Positions 6,789-13,672 of a stretch of DNA of 33,961 nt are shown in pieces. Under the pieces are notes generated by a model. The model searched no databases and was not told the DNA's origin. It worked only from the letters and a program-made list of their open reading frames with translations. The stretch lies in IMG/VR virus record IMGVR_UViG_3300025769_000044. The stretch is one strand, 5' to 3'. A program made the translations under genes and the position numbers. Source of the stretch: a virus. Every line of letters starts with the position of its first letter. Positions within the stretch are counted from its first letter, which is position 1.

Positions 6789-7051
6789 TGACTAAAAGAA
6801 TATTTGAGTTTCAATGTAAAAATAATTATGTATTTGAGAAATACATTGATGATTCAGTAAAAACAACTAACTGCCCCTCTTGTAATGCTGAAGCTAAACG
6901 CATAATCAGCAAACCAAGAATAGACCTAGATGGTTGTTCAGGTGACTTCCCCACTGCATCAGATGCGTGGGTTAGACGTAGAGAGAGTCATATGAAGTAT
7001 GAAAGAAAAGTGGGTATAGGTCAAGAGTATAGTAGTATGGGACAAGGTTAG
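6788..7051 (+). CDS. Small zinc-ribbon-like protein (87 aa)
   Basis: FEFQCKNNYVFEKYIDDSVKTTNCPSCNAEAKRIIS resembles FmdB-type zinc-ribbon proteins. TAATG start/stop coupling with the upstream ORF. Confidence 0.5.
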   Translation: MTKRIFEFQCKNNYVFEKYIDDSVKTTNCPSCNAEAKRIISKPRIDLDGCSGDFPTASDAWVRRRESHMKYERKVGIGQEYSSMGQG

Positions 7052-7104
7052 ACCCCCATTCAAAGTGTCTTTCCTAAAATGTCAACTGACACAGGAGAGT
7101 AATA

Positions 7105-7866
7105 GTGGCTGAGTTTGTAGAAGAAATAGAAGATAAGAAAGAAGAACCACAGCAAGAAGAAGTAAAAGCTGAAGAAGTTAAAACAGAAGTAGAGATTCCT
7201 GAGAAGTATAAGGAGAAAACTCTTCAAGAAGTTATATCTATGCACCAACAAGCTGAGAAGTTAATAGGCAGACAAGGTACAGAGTTAGGAGAACTTCGTA
7301 GGGTTGCTAATTCTTATGTTCAAAGTCAACCACAAACAAAGCAAACAGAACCAGAAGAATCTAATGATGATGATTTTTTTGCTAACCCTAAACAGGCTGT
7401 AGACAAGGCAATACAAAATCACCCTAAGATTAGACAAGCAGAACAGTTAACCCAAGAGATGCAGAGGTCTAAAGCTCTTTCGTCACTGAAAGAAAAACAT
7501 CCAGACTTTACTGATGTAGTAAAAGATCAAGGGTTTCAGGACTGGGTAAATAATTCTAAAGTAAGAGCAGAGTTATTTATGAGGGCTGATCGTAGGTATG
7601 ATTATGATGCTGCTGACGAGCTTATTTCTACATGGAAAGAAAAGAGACAGGTAGGTAGTAAAACTGTAGAGATGGAGAAACAAGCTAGGTCACAAGACAT
7701 TAAGAGTGCTACTACAACTGTAGCAAGCGGTAGCGGAGAAGCACCATCAAAGAAAATCTTTAGACGTTCTGATATACGAAATCTTATTAACAGTGATCCT
7801 AACAAGTACGAATCTATGTTGCCAGAGATTGAAAAAGCACATAGAGAAGGAAGAGTTAGAGGATGA
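7105..7866 (+). CDS. Putative scaffolding protein (253 aa, GTG start)
   Basis: Acidic, helix-prone and low-complexity (EEIEDKKEEPQQEEVKAEEVKTEVE...). It lies between portal and major capsid. AGGAGA-N6-GTG. Confidence 0.6.
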   Translation: MAEFVEEIEDKKEEPQQEEVKAEEVKTEVEIPEKYKEKTLQEVISMHQQAEKLIGRQGTELGELRRVANSYVQSQPQTKQTEPEESNDDDFFANPKQAVDKAIQNHPKIRQAEQLTQEMQRSKALSSLKEKHPDFTDVVKDQGFQDWVNNSKVRAELFMRADRRYDYDAADELISTWKEKRQVGSKTVEMEKQARSQDIKSATTTVASGSGEAPSKKIFRRSDIRNLINSDPNKYESMLPEIEKAHREGRVRG

Positions 7867-7889
7867 TATTTTAGAAAAGGAATTTTAAA

Positions 7890-8816
7890 ATGGGTTTAGG
7901 TACTAATCATGTAATTAATTCAGAAGTCAATACCGCAGGTTTTATACCTGAGATTTGGTCGGATGAAATTATCGCTGGTTACAAGAAGAATCTTGTAGCT
8001 GCTAACTTAATTAAAACAATGAACATGAAGGGTAAGAAAGGTGATGTAGTTCACTTTCCTGCTCCTGCTCGTGGTGCAGCAACAACTAAAGCTGCTGAAA
8101 CAGAAGTTACTCTTATTCAAGAGTCTGGTACAGAAAAGACTGTAACAATTAACCAACACTATGAGTATAGTCGTTTGATTGAAGACTTTGCTGAAGTACA
8201 GGCATTGAGTTCACTAAGACGTTTCTACACAGATGATGCTGGTTATGCGTTAGCTACTAGAGTAGATACAGATGTATTATCTTTAGGTAGACAGTCACAG
8301 GCTGGTTCTGGTAGTGCTGCTTATGACAAAGGCTTCTTAGGAGGTGATGGTTCTACATTTTATGTAGCTGCTAGTAATAACGAAAGTGCTATTACTGATG
8401 CAGGATTTAGAAGAGCTATCCAGCGTCTTGACGATCAAGATGTTCCTATGGATAATCGTAACTTTGTTATCCCACCTGTAGCTAGAAACGTAATGATGGG
8501 TCTATCACGATTCACAGAACAAGCATTTACAGGTGAAGCTGGTAATGCTAACACTATTAGAAATGGTCAGATTGGTGACATATATGGTATTAAGGTATAT
8601 GTATCTACTAATGTAGACACAACTAACGGTTCTGGTGCTGCTAGAGTATGTTTGTTATTCCATCCTGAGTTTGGAGTATTAGTTGAGCAACTTGGTGTTC
8701 GTGTTCAAACACAATACAAGCAAGAGCATTTAGGTACACTTTTAACTGCTGATACCTTATATGGTACTGGTGAGCTAAGAGATACATCTGCTGTTGCACT
8801 TGTTGTCCCAGCTTAA
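7890..8816 (+). CDS. Major capsid protein (308 aa)
   Basis: Follows the scaffold-like gene, has an AAGGA RBS, and is followed at once by a strong intrinsic terminator. Size and composition fit a podovirus major capsid protein. The call rests on synteny. Confidence 0.75.
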   Translation: MGLGTNHVINSEVNTAGFIPEIWSDEIIAGYKKNLVAANLIKTMNMKGKKGDVVHFPAPARGAATTKAAETEVTLIQESGTEKTVTINQHYEYSRLIEDFAEVQALSSLRRFYTDDAGYALATRVDTDVLSLGRQSQAGSGSAAYDKGFLGGDGSTFYVAASNNESAITDAGFRRAIQRLDDQDVPMDNRNFVIPPVARNVMMGLSRFTEQAFTGEAGNANTIRNGQIGDIYGIKVYVSTNVDTTNGSGAARVCLLFHPEFGVLVEQLGVRVQTQYKQEHLGTLLTADTLYGTGELRDTSAVALVVPA

Positions 8817-8826
8817 TTTTAATAAC

Positions 8827-8858
8827 AGGGTTGGCTCTAGTAGTCAACCCTTTTCTTT
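8827..8858 (+). terminator. Rho-independent terminator after the capsid gene
   Basis: 9-bp stem gggttggct/agtcaaccc (8828-8836 with 8842-8850, one G-T pair), 5-nt loop, then ttttcttt. Confidence 0.85.
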
Positions 8859-8871
8859 ATAAGGATGAATA

Positions 8872-9186
8872 ATGGCTACAGTAAAAAGAGGAGAACTCAG
8901 ACAGTTTCAGGGAGCTTTTTCTGATACCTGGGCAATCAAAGATACATTTAATTTTGGTTCAGTAGCAGATGGCAATGAAGAAGCTACTGCTATTACAGTA
9001 TCTGGTGTAGGTGTAGGTGATATGGTATTAGGTGTAGCAACTAGCAGTTCTGCACAAGATTTAAACCTTATTGCACAAGTAACAGGAGCAGATACAATAG
9101 AGTTTCAAGTAGAAAACAATACAGGTGGTGCTATTGATTTAGCAACTGCTACATATACTTGCTTTGTTGGAAGACCAAACTGGTAA
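8872..9186 (+). CDS. Small virion-associated protein (104 aa), possibly capsid decoration or minor capsid
   Basis: Bracketed by two terminators directly after the capsid gene. Beta-rich Gly/Val/Ala/Thr composition. The function is inferred from position only. Confidence 0.45.
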   Translation: MATVKRGELRQFQGAFSDTWAIKDTFNFGSVADGNEEATAITVSGVGVGDMVLGVATSSSAQDLNLIAQVTGADTIEFQVENNTGGAIDLATATYTCFVGRPNW

Positions 9187-9193
9187 ACATTAT

Positions 9194-9216
9194 AGCCCTC
9201 TTCGGAGGGTTTTTTA
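9194..9216 (+). terminator. Rho-independent terminator (UUCG tetraloop)
   Basis: agccctc-ttcg-gagggtt followed by tttttt. Confidence 0.85.
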
Positions 9217-9231
9217 TGTTAAGGAATAATT

Positions 9232-9780
9232 ATGGCTTTTTTTAGAGGTACAGGCGGTGCAGGTACTGCTACATTTGAGCAACTACCTTTAGCTATCAGT
9301 GAGGGCGGTACAAGTGCGACTACTGTAGCTTCTGCTAGAGTAGCTTTGTTGCCTTCTTATTCTGGTAATGCTACTTTTGTTCTAGCAGTAAATGCAACTG
9401 AAAATGACATAGAATTTGTCACAGCAGCAGCAGCGTCTGCTGTAAACTATAGTGATGCTACAGCAAACTTTACAGGAATATTACAAGAAAGTGGTAGCAA
9501 TGTACTAACAAGTGCTGATATTGGTGTATCAGTAGCTTCTGCTGGTGTTACAGGAGGAGGAGTAAACTACTCTGATGCTACTGCAAACTTTACTGGTGTA
9601 TTACAACACAGTTCCAGTAATGTACTAACACAATCAATGATAGGTGTATCAGTTCAAGGTTATGATGCTGATACAGCTTTTTTAGATGCTGCTACGGCAA
9701 ACTTTACAGGAGTGCTACAAGATGGAGGAAGCACAGTTCTAACAGAATCAAGTACAATTGAAGGGGGTACTTACTCATGA
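9232..9780 (+). CDS. Tail-fibre-like protein with three tandem repeats of about 38-40 aa (182 aa)
   Basis: The N-terminal ISEGGTSATTVASARVAL is fibre/collar-like. The repeat core [VNYS]DATANFTG[IV]LQ..(S/G)S.VLT occurs 3 times (aa 71, 111 and about 150). The C-terminus is IEGGTYS. Confidence 0.55.
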   Translation: MAFFRGTGGAGTATFEQLPLAISEGGTSATTVASARVALLPSYSGNATFVLAVNATENDIEFVTAAAASAVNYSDATANFTGILQESGSNVLTSADIGVSVASAGVTGGGVNYSDATANFTGVLQHSSSNVLTQSMIGVSVQGYDADTAFLDAATANFTGVLQDGGSTVLTESSTIEGGTYS

Positions 9781-10544
9781 CAACCATTTTAACTAAGAAG
9801 AAAGACTCATCAGGAGTACCAGCTACCGCTGATATCACTAGTGCTGTTGGAGGAGCAGAATTAGCAGTTAATACTGCTGATAAAAGATTATATACAAAGA
9901 ATAGTAGTAATGTTATTGTAGAAGTAGGTACAAACCCAGCAGCATTAAACTTAAATGCAGATTTAACAAACACATCAGGTAACTTAGTAGTAGACCCTGC
10001 AACACAAGTGTTTGAGATAAAAGGTGATGGTTCTTCAGCAGAAGGACAAATACAGTTAAATTGTCATGCTAACACACATGGTCAAAAGTTAAAAGCACAA
10101 GATCATTCTCTTAGTGCTACAAATACAATGTTACTACCTTTAGGTGCTGATTCTACGTTAGTATCTGAGGTAGGTACAGCTACGCTAACAAACAAAACTT
10201 TTGATGTTGTTAATGATGCAGACGGTAATTTAAGAGATATACCATTAAGTACTAAAGTTTCAGGAGCTTATACATTAGCCATAGGAGATGCAGGTAATCA
10301 AGTTACAGTAAACTCAGCAAATGTTGTAATAACTGTTCCTACAGGAGTATTTGCAGTAGGTGACATTGTATCAGTTATATCAGTAAATGGATGTACAGCA
10401 TCATTAGCTTGTACTGCTGTTAATGCAGTCAAGGCAGGAGATTTAGCAGCAACTGCTTTGCATACACTAGATGCAAATGGAGTTGCTAGTATCATGTTTA
10501 GTTATTCAGCAGACTTAGCTGTTCTTACTGGGAATATTTCATAA
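9777..10544 (+). CDS. Tail fibre protein (255 aa)
   Basis: The N-terminus ...GGAELAVNTADKRLYTKNSSNVIVEVG... and the motif IQLNCHANTHGQKLKAQDHSLSATNTMLLPLG are typical of phage fibre proteins. ATGA overlap with the upstream ORF. Confidence 0.6.
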   Translation: MTTILTKKKDSSGVPATADITSAVGGAELAVNTADKRLYTKNSSNVIVEVGTNPAALNLNADLTNTSGNLVVDPATQVFEIKGDGSSAEGQIQLNCHANTHGQKLKAQDHSLSATNTMLLPLGADSTLVSEVGTATLTNKTFDVVNDADGNLRDIPLSTKVSGAYTLAIGDAGNQVTVNSANVVITVPTGVFAVGDIVSVISVNGCTASLACTAVNAVKAGDLAATALHTLDANGVASIMFSYSADLAVLTGNIS

Positions 10545-11389
10545 TGACTGGAATACATCAATTATTATTTTCTAATTTTGGCGATAAAAACCCTTTTGAT
10601 GGAACAATCGTAACTTTTACTGGAACTCAAAACTACACAATACCATCAGGCATAACATCAGTCGATTTTGTCATAGTTGCTGCTGGAGGCGGAGGAGGAC
10701 GAAACGGGGGTGGAGCTGGCGCTGGGGGAATGCGTGAAGGCACTAAAGCAGCAGGAACGCAATTATCTGTCAATCCTGGTCAAACATATACTGTAACTGT
10801 TGGAGGCGGAGGGTCTGGCGCACAAACAAGAACAGGTTCAAACGGGGGTAACTCAACTTTTTCAACCATTACTTCTGCTGGGGGCGGAGGAGGTGGTGGT
10901 CATGCTGGTGGAAGCAGTGAAAATGCTGCGGATGGAGGATCTGGAGGTGGAGCAGATTCGCAGGGAGGGACTAAGGGTGATGGTAACGAGCCTAATGTTA
11001 GTCCAAGTCAAGGAAATAACGGAGGCACCGGAGGAAATTCTGGTGGTAACTTTATGTCTGGAGGAGGCGGTGGAATAAATGCTGTTGGAACGAATGGCTC
11101 TTTTTCTGGCACCATAAAAGCTGGAAATGGCGGGGCTGGCAAAGCTAATGTAATCACTAGCACTGTTTTTGCTGGAGGTGGCGGAGGCGGAGCTGGCGGT
11201 AGTTCTACCTCTTCTCACTTGGGACTAGGAGGTACCGGAGGTGGTGGAAGTGCTCAACTTGGGGATGTAGGGCAAGCAGGGACAGAAAACACCGGAGGAG
11301 GAGGGGCCGGAGGTGGGTACGATGGCTCTAATCATATGGCAGGCGGCAATGGTGGAAAAGGTATAGTGATTTTACGATTAAATGCTTAA
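10544..11389 (+). CDS. Glycine-rich fibre/receptor-binding-type protein (281 aa)
   Basis: The N-terminus is YTIPSGITSVDFVIVAAGGGGGRNGGGAGAGG, followed by many GGGG runs, and it ends NGGKGIVILRL. This is the pattern of the phage glycine-rich domain family. ATAATG coupling. Confidence 0.6.
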   Translation: MTGIHQLLFSNFGDKNPFDGTIVTFTGTQNYTIPSGITSVDFVIVAAGGGGGRNGGGAGAGGMREGTKAAGTQLSVNPGQTYTVTVGGGGSGAQTRTGSNGGNSTFSTITSAGGGGGGGHAGGSSENAADGGSGGGADSQGGTKGDGNEPNVSPSQGNNGGTGGNSGGNFMSGGGGGINAVGTNGSFSGTIKAGNGGAGKANVITSTVFAGGGGGGAGGSSTSSHLGLGGTGGGGSAQLGDVGQAGTENTGGGGAGGGYDGSNHMAGGNGGKGIVILRLNA

Positions 11390-11419
11390 TTCAAAGCGGT
11401 TTTAGTTAAAGGAGTATTT

Positions 11420-11800
11420 ATGGCACATTTTGCAGAGTTGAATAGTGCAAATGTAGTTTTGAGAGTGTTGGCAGTTGATAACAAACATACTACAAATTCT
11501 GAAGGTGTAGAAGATGAAACAGTCGGTATTGCACATTTGCAAAATTGTTTATCTGGCACATGGAAACAAACTTCTTACAACGGTAATATGAGAGGTAACT
11601 ATGCAGGTAAAGGCTATACTTACTTTGCAGACCAAGATTTATTTATGTCACCTAAACCTTACGATAGTTGGTCTATGTCTACTGCTGATGCTACATGGAT
11701 AGCACCATCTGCAATGCCTACTGATGGCGGTATGTATAACTGGGATGAAGATAATCAGACATGGATTGATATAAGTGGTTCTAGTGCAGGAGGTGTTTAA
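11420..11800 (+). CDS. Conserved-looking hypothetical protein (126 aa), fibre-associated by position
   Basis: MAHFAELNSANVVLRVLAV...WKQTSYNGNMRGNYAGKGYTYFADQDLFMSPKPYDSW...YNWDEDNQTW. GGAG RBS. Confidence 0.55.
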   Translation: MAHFAELNSANVVLRVLAVDNKHTTNSEGVEDETVGIAHLQNCLSGTWKQTSYNGNMRGNYAGKGYTYFADQDLFMSPKPYDSWSMSTADATWIAPSAMPTDGGMYNWDEDNQTWIDISGSSAGGV

Positions 11801-11803
11801 ACG

Positions 11804-11980
11804 ATGAAGACAGAAGAGTTACTAAACGAACTAGACAAAAGACTAACATCCCATGAGGCTGTGTGTGCAGAAAGGTGGGCTGAGACACTTTCTAAAATCA
11901 AGAGACTAGAAACTATATTAATTGGTTGTTTTGGTTCTATTGTATTAATACTTGTTACTATTATTTTAAAACTAAGCTAA
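11804..11980 (+). CDS. Small tail-anchored membrane protein (58 aa; below the track cutoff)
   Basis: Hand translation gives MKTEELLNELDKRLTSHEAVCAERWAETLSKIKRLETILIGCFGSIVLILVTIILKLS. It fills an otherwise empty gap. The ATG lies 3 nt after the upstream stop. Confidence 0.4.
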   Translation: MKTEELLNELDKRLTSHEAVCAERWAETLSKIKRLETILIGCFGSIVLILVTIILKLS

Positions 11981-11990
11981 GGAGAAGTCT

Positions 11991-12110
11991 ATGTACGGCA
12001 TGATGAAAGGCAAGAAGAAACCAATGAAAAACGGTATGAATAAAGGTTATGGTGGTAAGAAGATGATGGCTAAGAAGCCAATGAAGAAGCCAGCTAAGAG
12101 AAAAGCATAA
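11991..12110 (+). CDS. Lys/Met-rich mini-protein (39 aa; below the track cutoff)
   Basis: Hand translation gives MYGMMKGKKKPMKNGMNKGYGGKKMMAKKPMKKPAKRKA. AAGGAGAAG RBS 4 nt upstream. The stop overlaps the next ATG (TAATG). Confidence 0.45.
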   Translation: MYGMMKGKKKPMKNGMNKGYGGKKMMAKKPMKKPAKRKA

Positions 12111-12295
12111 TGGCTAAAGGCGTAGCTCACTACTTTAGAGATGGTAAAGAATATAAAGGCAAGATGCACAAAATGCCTAATGGTGATATGCACTCTGGTG
12201 CAACACATAACAAGTCTAGTAAAAAACTTTTTCATCTTAAAGAACTTTCTAAAACAGCACAAAAGAGGGCTAAAAGTGGCAGCAAAAAAGTCTAA
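12110..12295 (+). CDS. Basic mini-protein (61 aa)
   Basis: MAKGVAHYFRDGKEYKGKMHKMPNGDMHSGATHNKSSKKLFHLKELSKTAQKRAKSGSKKV, with His/Lys-rich motifs. Coupled to the upstream ORF. Confidence 0.55.
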   Translation: MAKGVAHYFRDGKEYKGKMHKMPNGDMHSGATHNKSSKKLFHLKELSKTAQKRAKSGSKKV

Positions 12296-12437
12296 GAAAT
12301 CTCCTACACCTACTAACAAGGCTCTGTATAACAGAGTAGTAGCAGAGGCAAAACGTAAGTTTGATAAATGGCCTTCAGCTTATGCTTCAGGGTACGTTGT
12401 ACGTCAATATAAGAAGAAAGGTGGAGGTTACGCATAA
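12276..12437 (+). CDS. Basic mini-protein (53 aa from GTG 12276; the track extends it to 12141)
   Basis: AGAGGG-N6-GTG gives VAAKKSKKSPTPTNKALYNRVVAEAKRKFDKWPSAYASGYVVRQYKKKGGGYA. The track's N-terminal 45 aa overlap the previous ORF and look non-coding. Confidence 0.5.
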   Translation: MAAKKSKKSPTPTNKALYNRVVAEAKRKFDKWPSAYASGYVVRQYKKKGGGYA

Positions 12438-12518
12438 ATGGGTTTAGTTATGTTTTTTATAATTGTTGTTATACCTGTAGGAGTTGCTTACTATGTCACT
12501 AAAAGAATGGTTTGGTAA
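12438..12518 (+). CDS. Possible 26-aa hydrophobic peptide (below the track cutoff)
   Basis: Hand translation gives MGLVMFFIIVVIPVGVAYYVTKRMVW. The ATG abuts the upstream TAA, and the ORF overlaps the next ORF's start. Confidence 0.25.
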   Translation: MGLVMFFIIVVIPVGVAYYVTKRMVW

Positions 12519-12780
12519 AGGCAAGAAAGGTGACTGGGTAGATATAGGAGCACCTAAGAAGAAAGGTAAGTTTCAGGCTTGTGGTCGTAAGTCTACTAAA
12601 GATAGTAAAAGAGCCTATCCTAAATGTGTACCTAGGTCTAAAGCTAAGAGTATGACAGAAGCACAAAGAAAGTCTGCTGTAAGAAGAAAGAGAGCAGCAG
12701 GTAATACAGGTGGTAAACCTACCAATGTAAGAACATTTGCAAGGAAGAAAAATGGTTCAAAAAAAGTATCAAAATCCTAA
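12493..12780 (+). CDS. Basic mini-protein (95 aa from ATG 12493; the track starts at TTG 12484)
   Basis: AGGAG-N9-ATG gives MSLKEWFGKGKKGDWVDIGAPKKKGKFQACGRKSTKDSKRAYPKCVPRSKAKSMTEAQRKSAVRRKRAAGNTGGKP... Confidence 0.6.
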   Translation: MSLKEWFGKGKKGDWVDIGAPKKKGKFQACGRKSTKDSKRAYPKCVPRSKAKSMTEAQRKSAVRRKRAAGNTGGKPTNVRTFARKKNGSKKVSKS

Positions 12781-13006
12781 AGGTGGTCTTAATGAAGCTG
12801 GTAGAAAGTATTTTAAAAGAACTACAGGTGCTAACTTAAAACCACCAGTATCAAGAAAGAAAGCAAAGAAGTCACCCAAGGAAGCATCTAGGCGTAAGAG
12901 TTTCTGTGCTAGGATGCAAGGAATGAAAAAGAAAAGAACAGGTAGTAAAACTGCTAATGATCCTAATAGTAGGATTAATAAAGCACTAAGAAAATGGGAT
13001 TGCTAA
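12752..13006 (+). CDS. Basic mini-protein (84 aa from ATG 12752; the track starts at TTG 12737)
   Basis: AAGGAAG RBS. MVQKKYQNPKGGLNEAGRKYFKRTTGANLKPPVSRKKAKKSPKEASRRKSFCARMQGMKKKRTGSKTANDPNSRINKALRKWDC. Overlaps the previous ORF by 29 nt in the +1 frame. Confidence 0.6.
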   Translation: MVQKKYQNPKGGLNEAGRKYFKRTTGANLKPPVSRKKAKKSPKEASRRKSFCARMQGMKKKRTGSKTANDPNSRINKALRKWDC

Positions 13007-13672
13007 ATGGCACTTACAACTACATATTTAGATTTAGTAAATGATGTACTGGTTAGGCTCAGAGAAGCCCAAGTAACCAGTGTGTCTCAGAATGGGTATT
13101 CTTCTTTGATAGGTGCTTTAGTTAATGACGCTAAAAGAGAAACAGAAGACGCATGGAATTGGGATGTACTAAGAAGTACAGTATCGTTTACGACACAACA
13201 AGGCACATTTAACTACAACTTAGATGGTGCTAGGAACAAGTTTAGAATTATCTCTGCACATAATGATACAGAAGATGTATTTTTACGTTATCAAACATCA
13301 TCATACTTTATACAAAGTTTGTTGTTAACTGACACACCTACACAGGGAGCACCGTTATACTATAATCCTAATGGTGTAGACCCTGACAGAGATGGGCAAA
13401 TAGATTTATATCCTATTCCTGATGGTGATTATGTAATAAGGTTTGACTTAGTTATACCTGAAGAAGAACTAACAACTGATACAGACACCACTGCTATACA
13501 AAAGAATATAATTACATCTTTAGCATGGGCTAAAGCAATAGAAGAACGTGGTGAAGATGGAGGTATCAGTGTATCAAGTCAGTACGCAGTAGCTAAACAG
13601 GCTTTAGGAGATGCTATAGCTATAGAAGCTGCAAGAAGACCTGATGAAGAAACAGTGTGGTATCCTTCATAA
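13007..13672 (+). CDS. Putative head-tail adaptor / tail tubular protein A (221 aa)
   Basis: Size and position relative to the next large ORF match T7 gp11/gp12 order. The N-terminus LDLVNDVLVRLRE...LVNDAKRETEDAWNWDVL is adaptor-like. Confidence 0.5.
   Translation: MALTTTYLDLVNDVLVRLREAQVTSVSQNGYSSLIGALVNDAKRETEDAWNWDVLRSTVSFTTQQGTFNYNLDGARNKFRIISAHNDTEDVFLRYQTSSYFIQSLLLTDTPTQGAPLYYNPNGVDPDRDGQIDLYPIPDGDYVIRFDLVIPEEELTTDTDTTAIQKNIITSLAWAKAIEERGEDGGISVSSQYAVAKQALGDAIAIEAARRPDEETVWYPS

Noticed and set aside
8428-8456. TTGACG-N17-GATAAT promoter-like site inside the major capsid gene
   Set aside because: It lies within coding sequence about 390 nt before the stop and lacks both the TGn extension and the AATAC upstream context of the other promoters. 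It has no obvious downstream target before the terminator, so it is probably a chance match.
9442-9777. Fibre-gene tandem repeats as a diversity-generating retroelement (template and variable repeat)
   Set aside because: There is no reverse transcriptase gene anywhere in the genome. The differences between repeat copies are spread over all bases, including synonymous sites, rather than confined to adenines.
10800-11218. 92-aa (+) and 118-aa (-) ORFs inside the glycine-rich gene
   Set aside because: They are alternative-frame and antisense readings of GGN-repeat DNA, which contains few stop codons. The frame encoding the Gly-rich protein has proper coupling to its neighbours and conserved-looking termini.
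10544-11389. The glycine-rich protein as a collagen-like triple-helix protein
   Set aside because: There is no sustained G-X-Y periodicity. The glycines occur in homopolymeric runs (GGGGG) separated by short irregular segments.
12047-12319. 90-aa minus-strand ORF, plus the 45-aa N-terminal extension of the 12141..12437 track ORF
   Set aside because: The minus-strand ORF is antisense to AAG/AAA-rich lysine codons (it reads as Phe/Leu-rich). The extension overlaps the 61-aa ORF and reads like non-coding sequence, and an internal GTG with an AGAGGG RBS explains the conserved-looking part.
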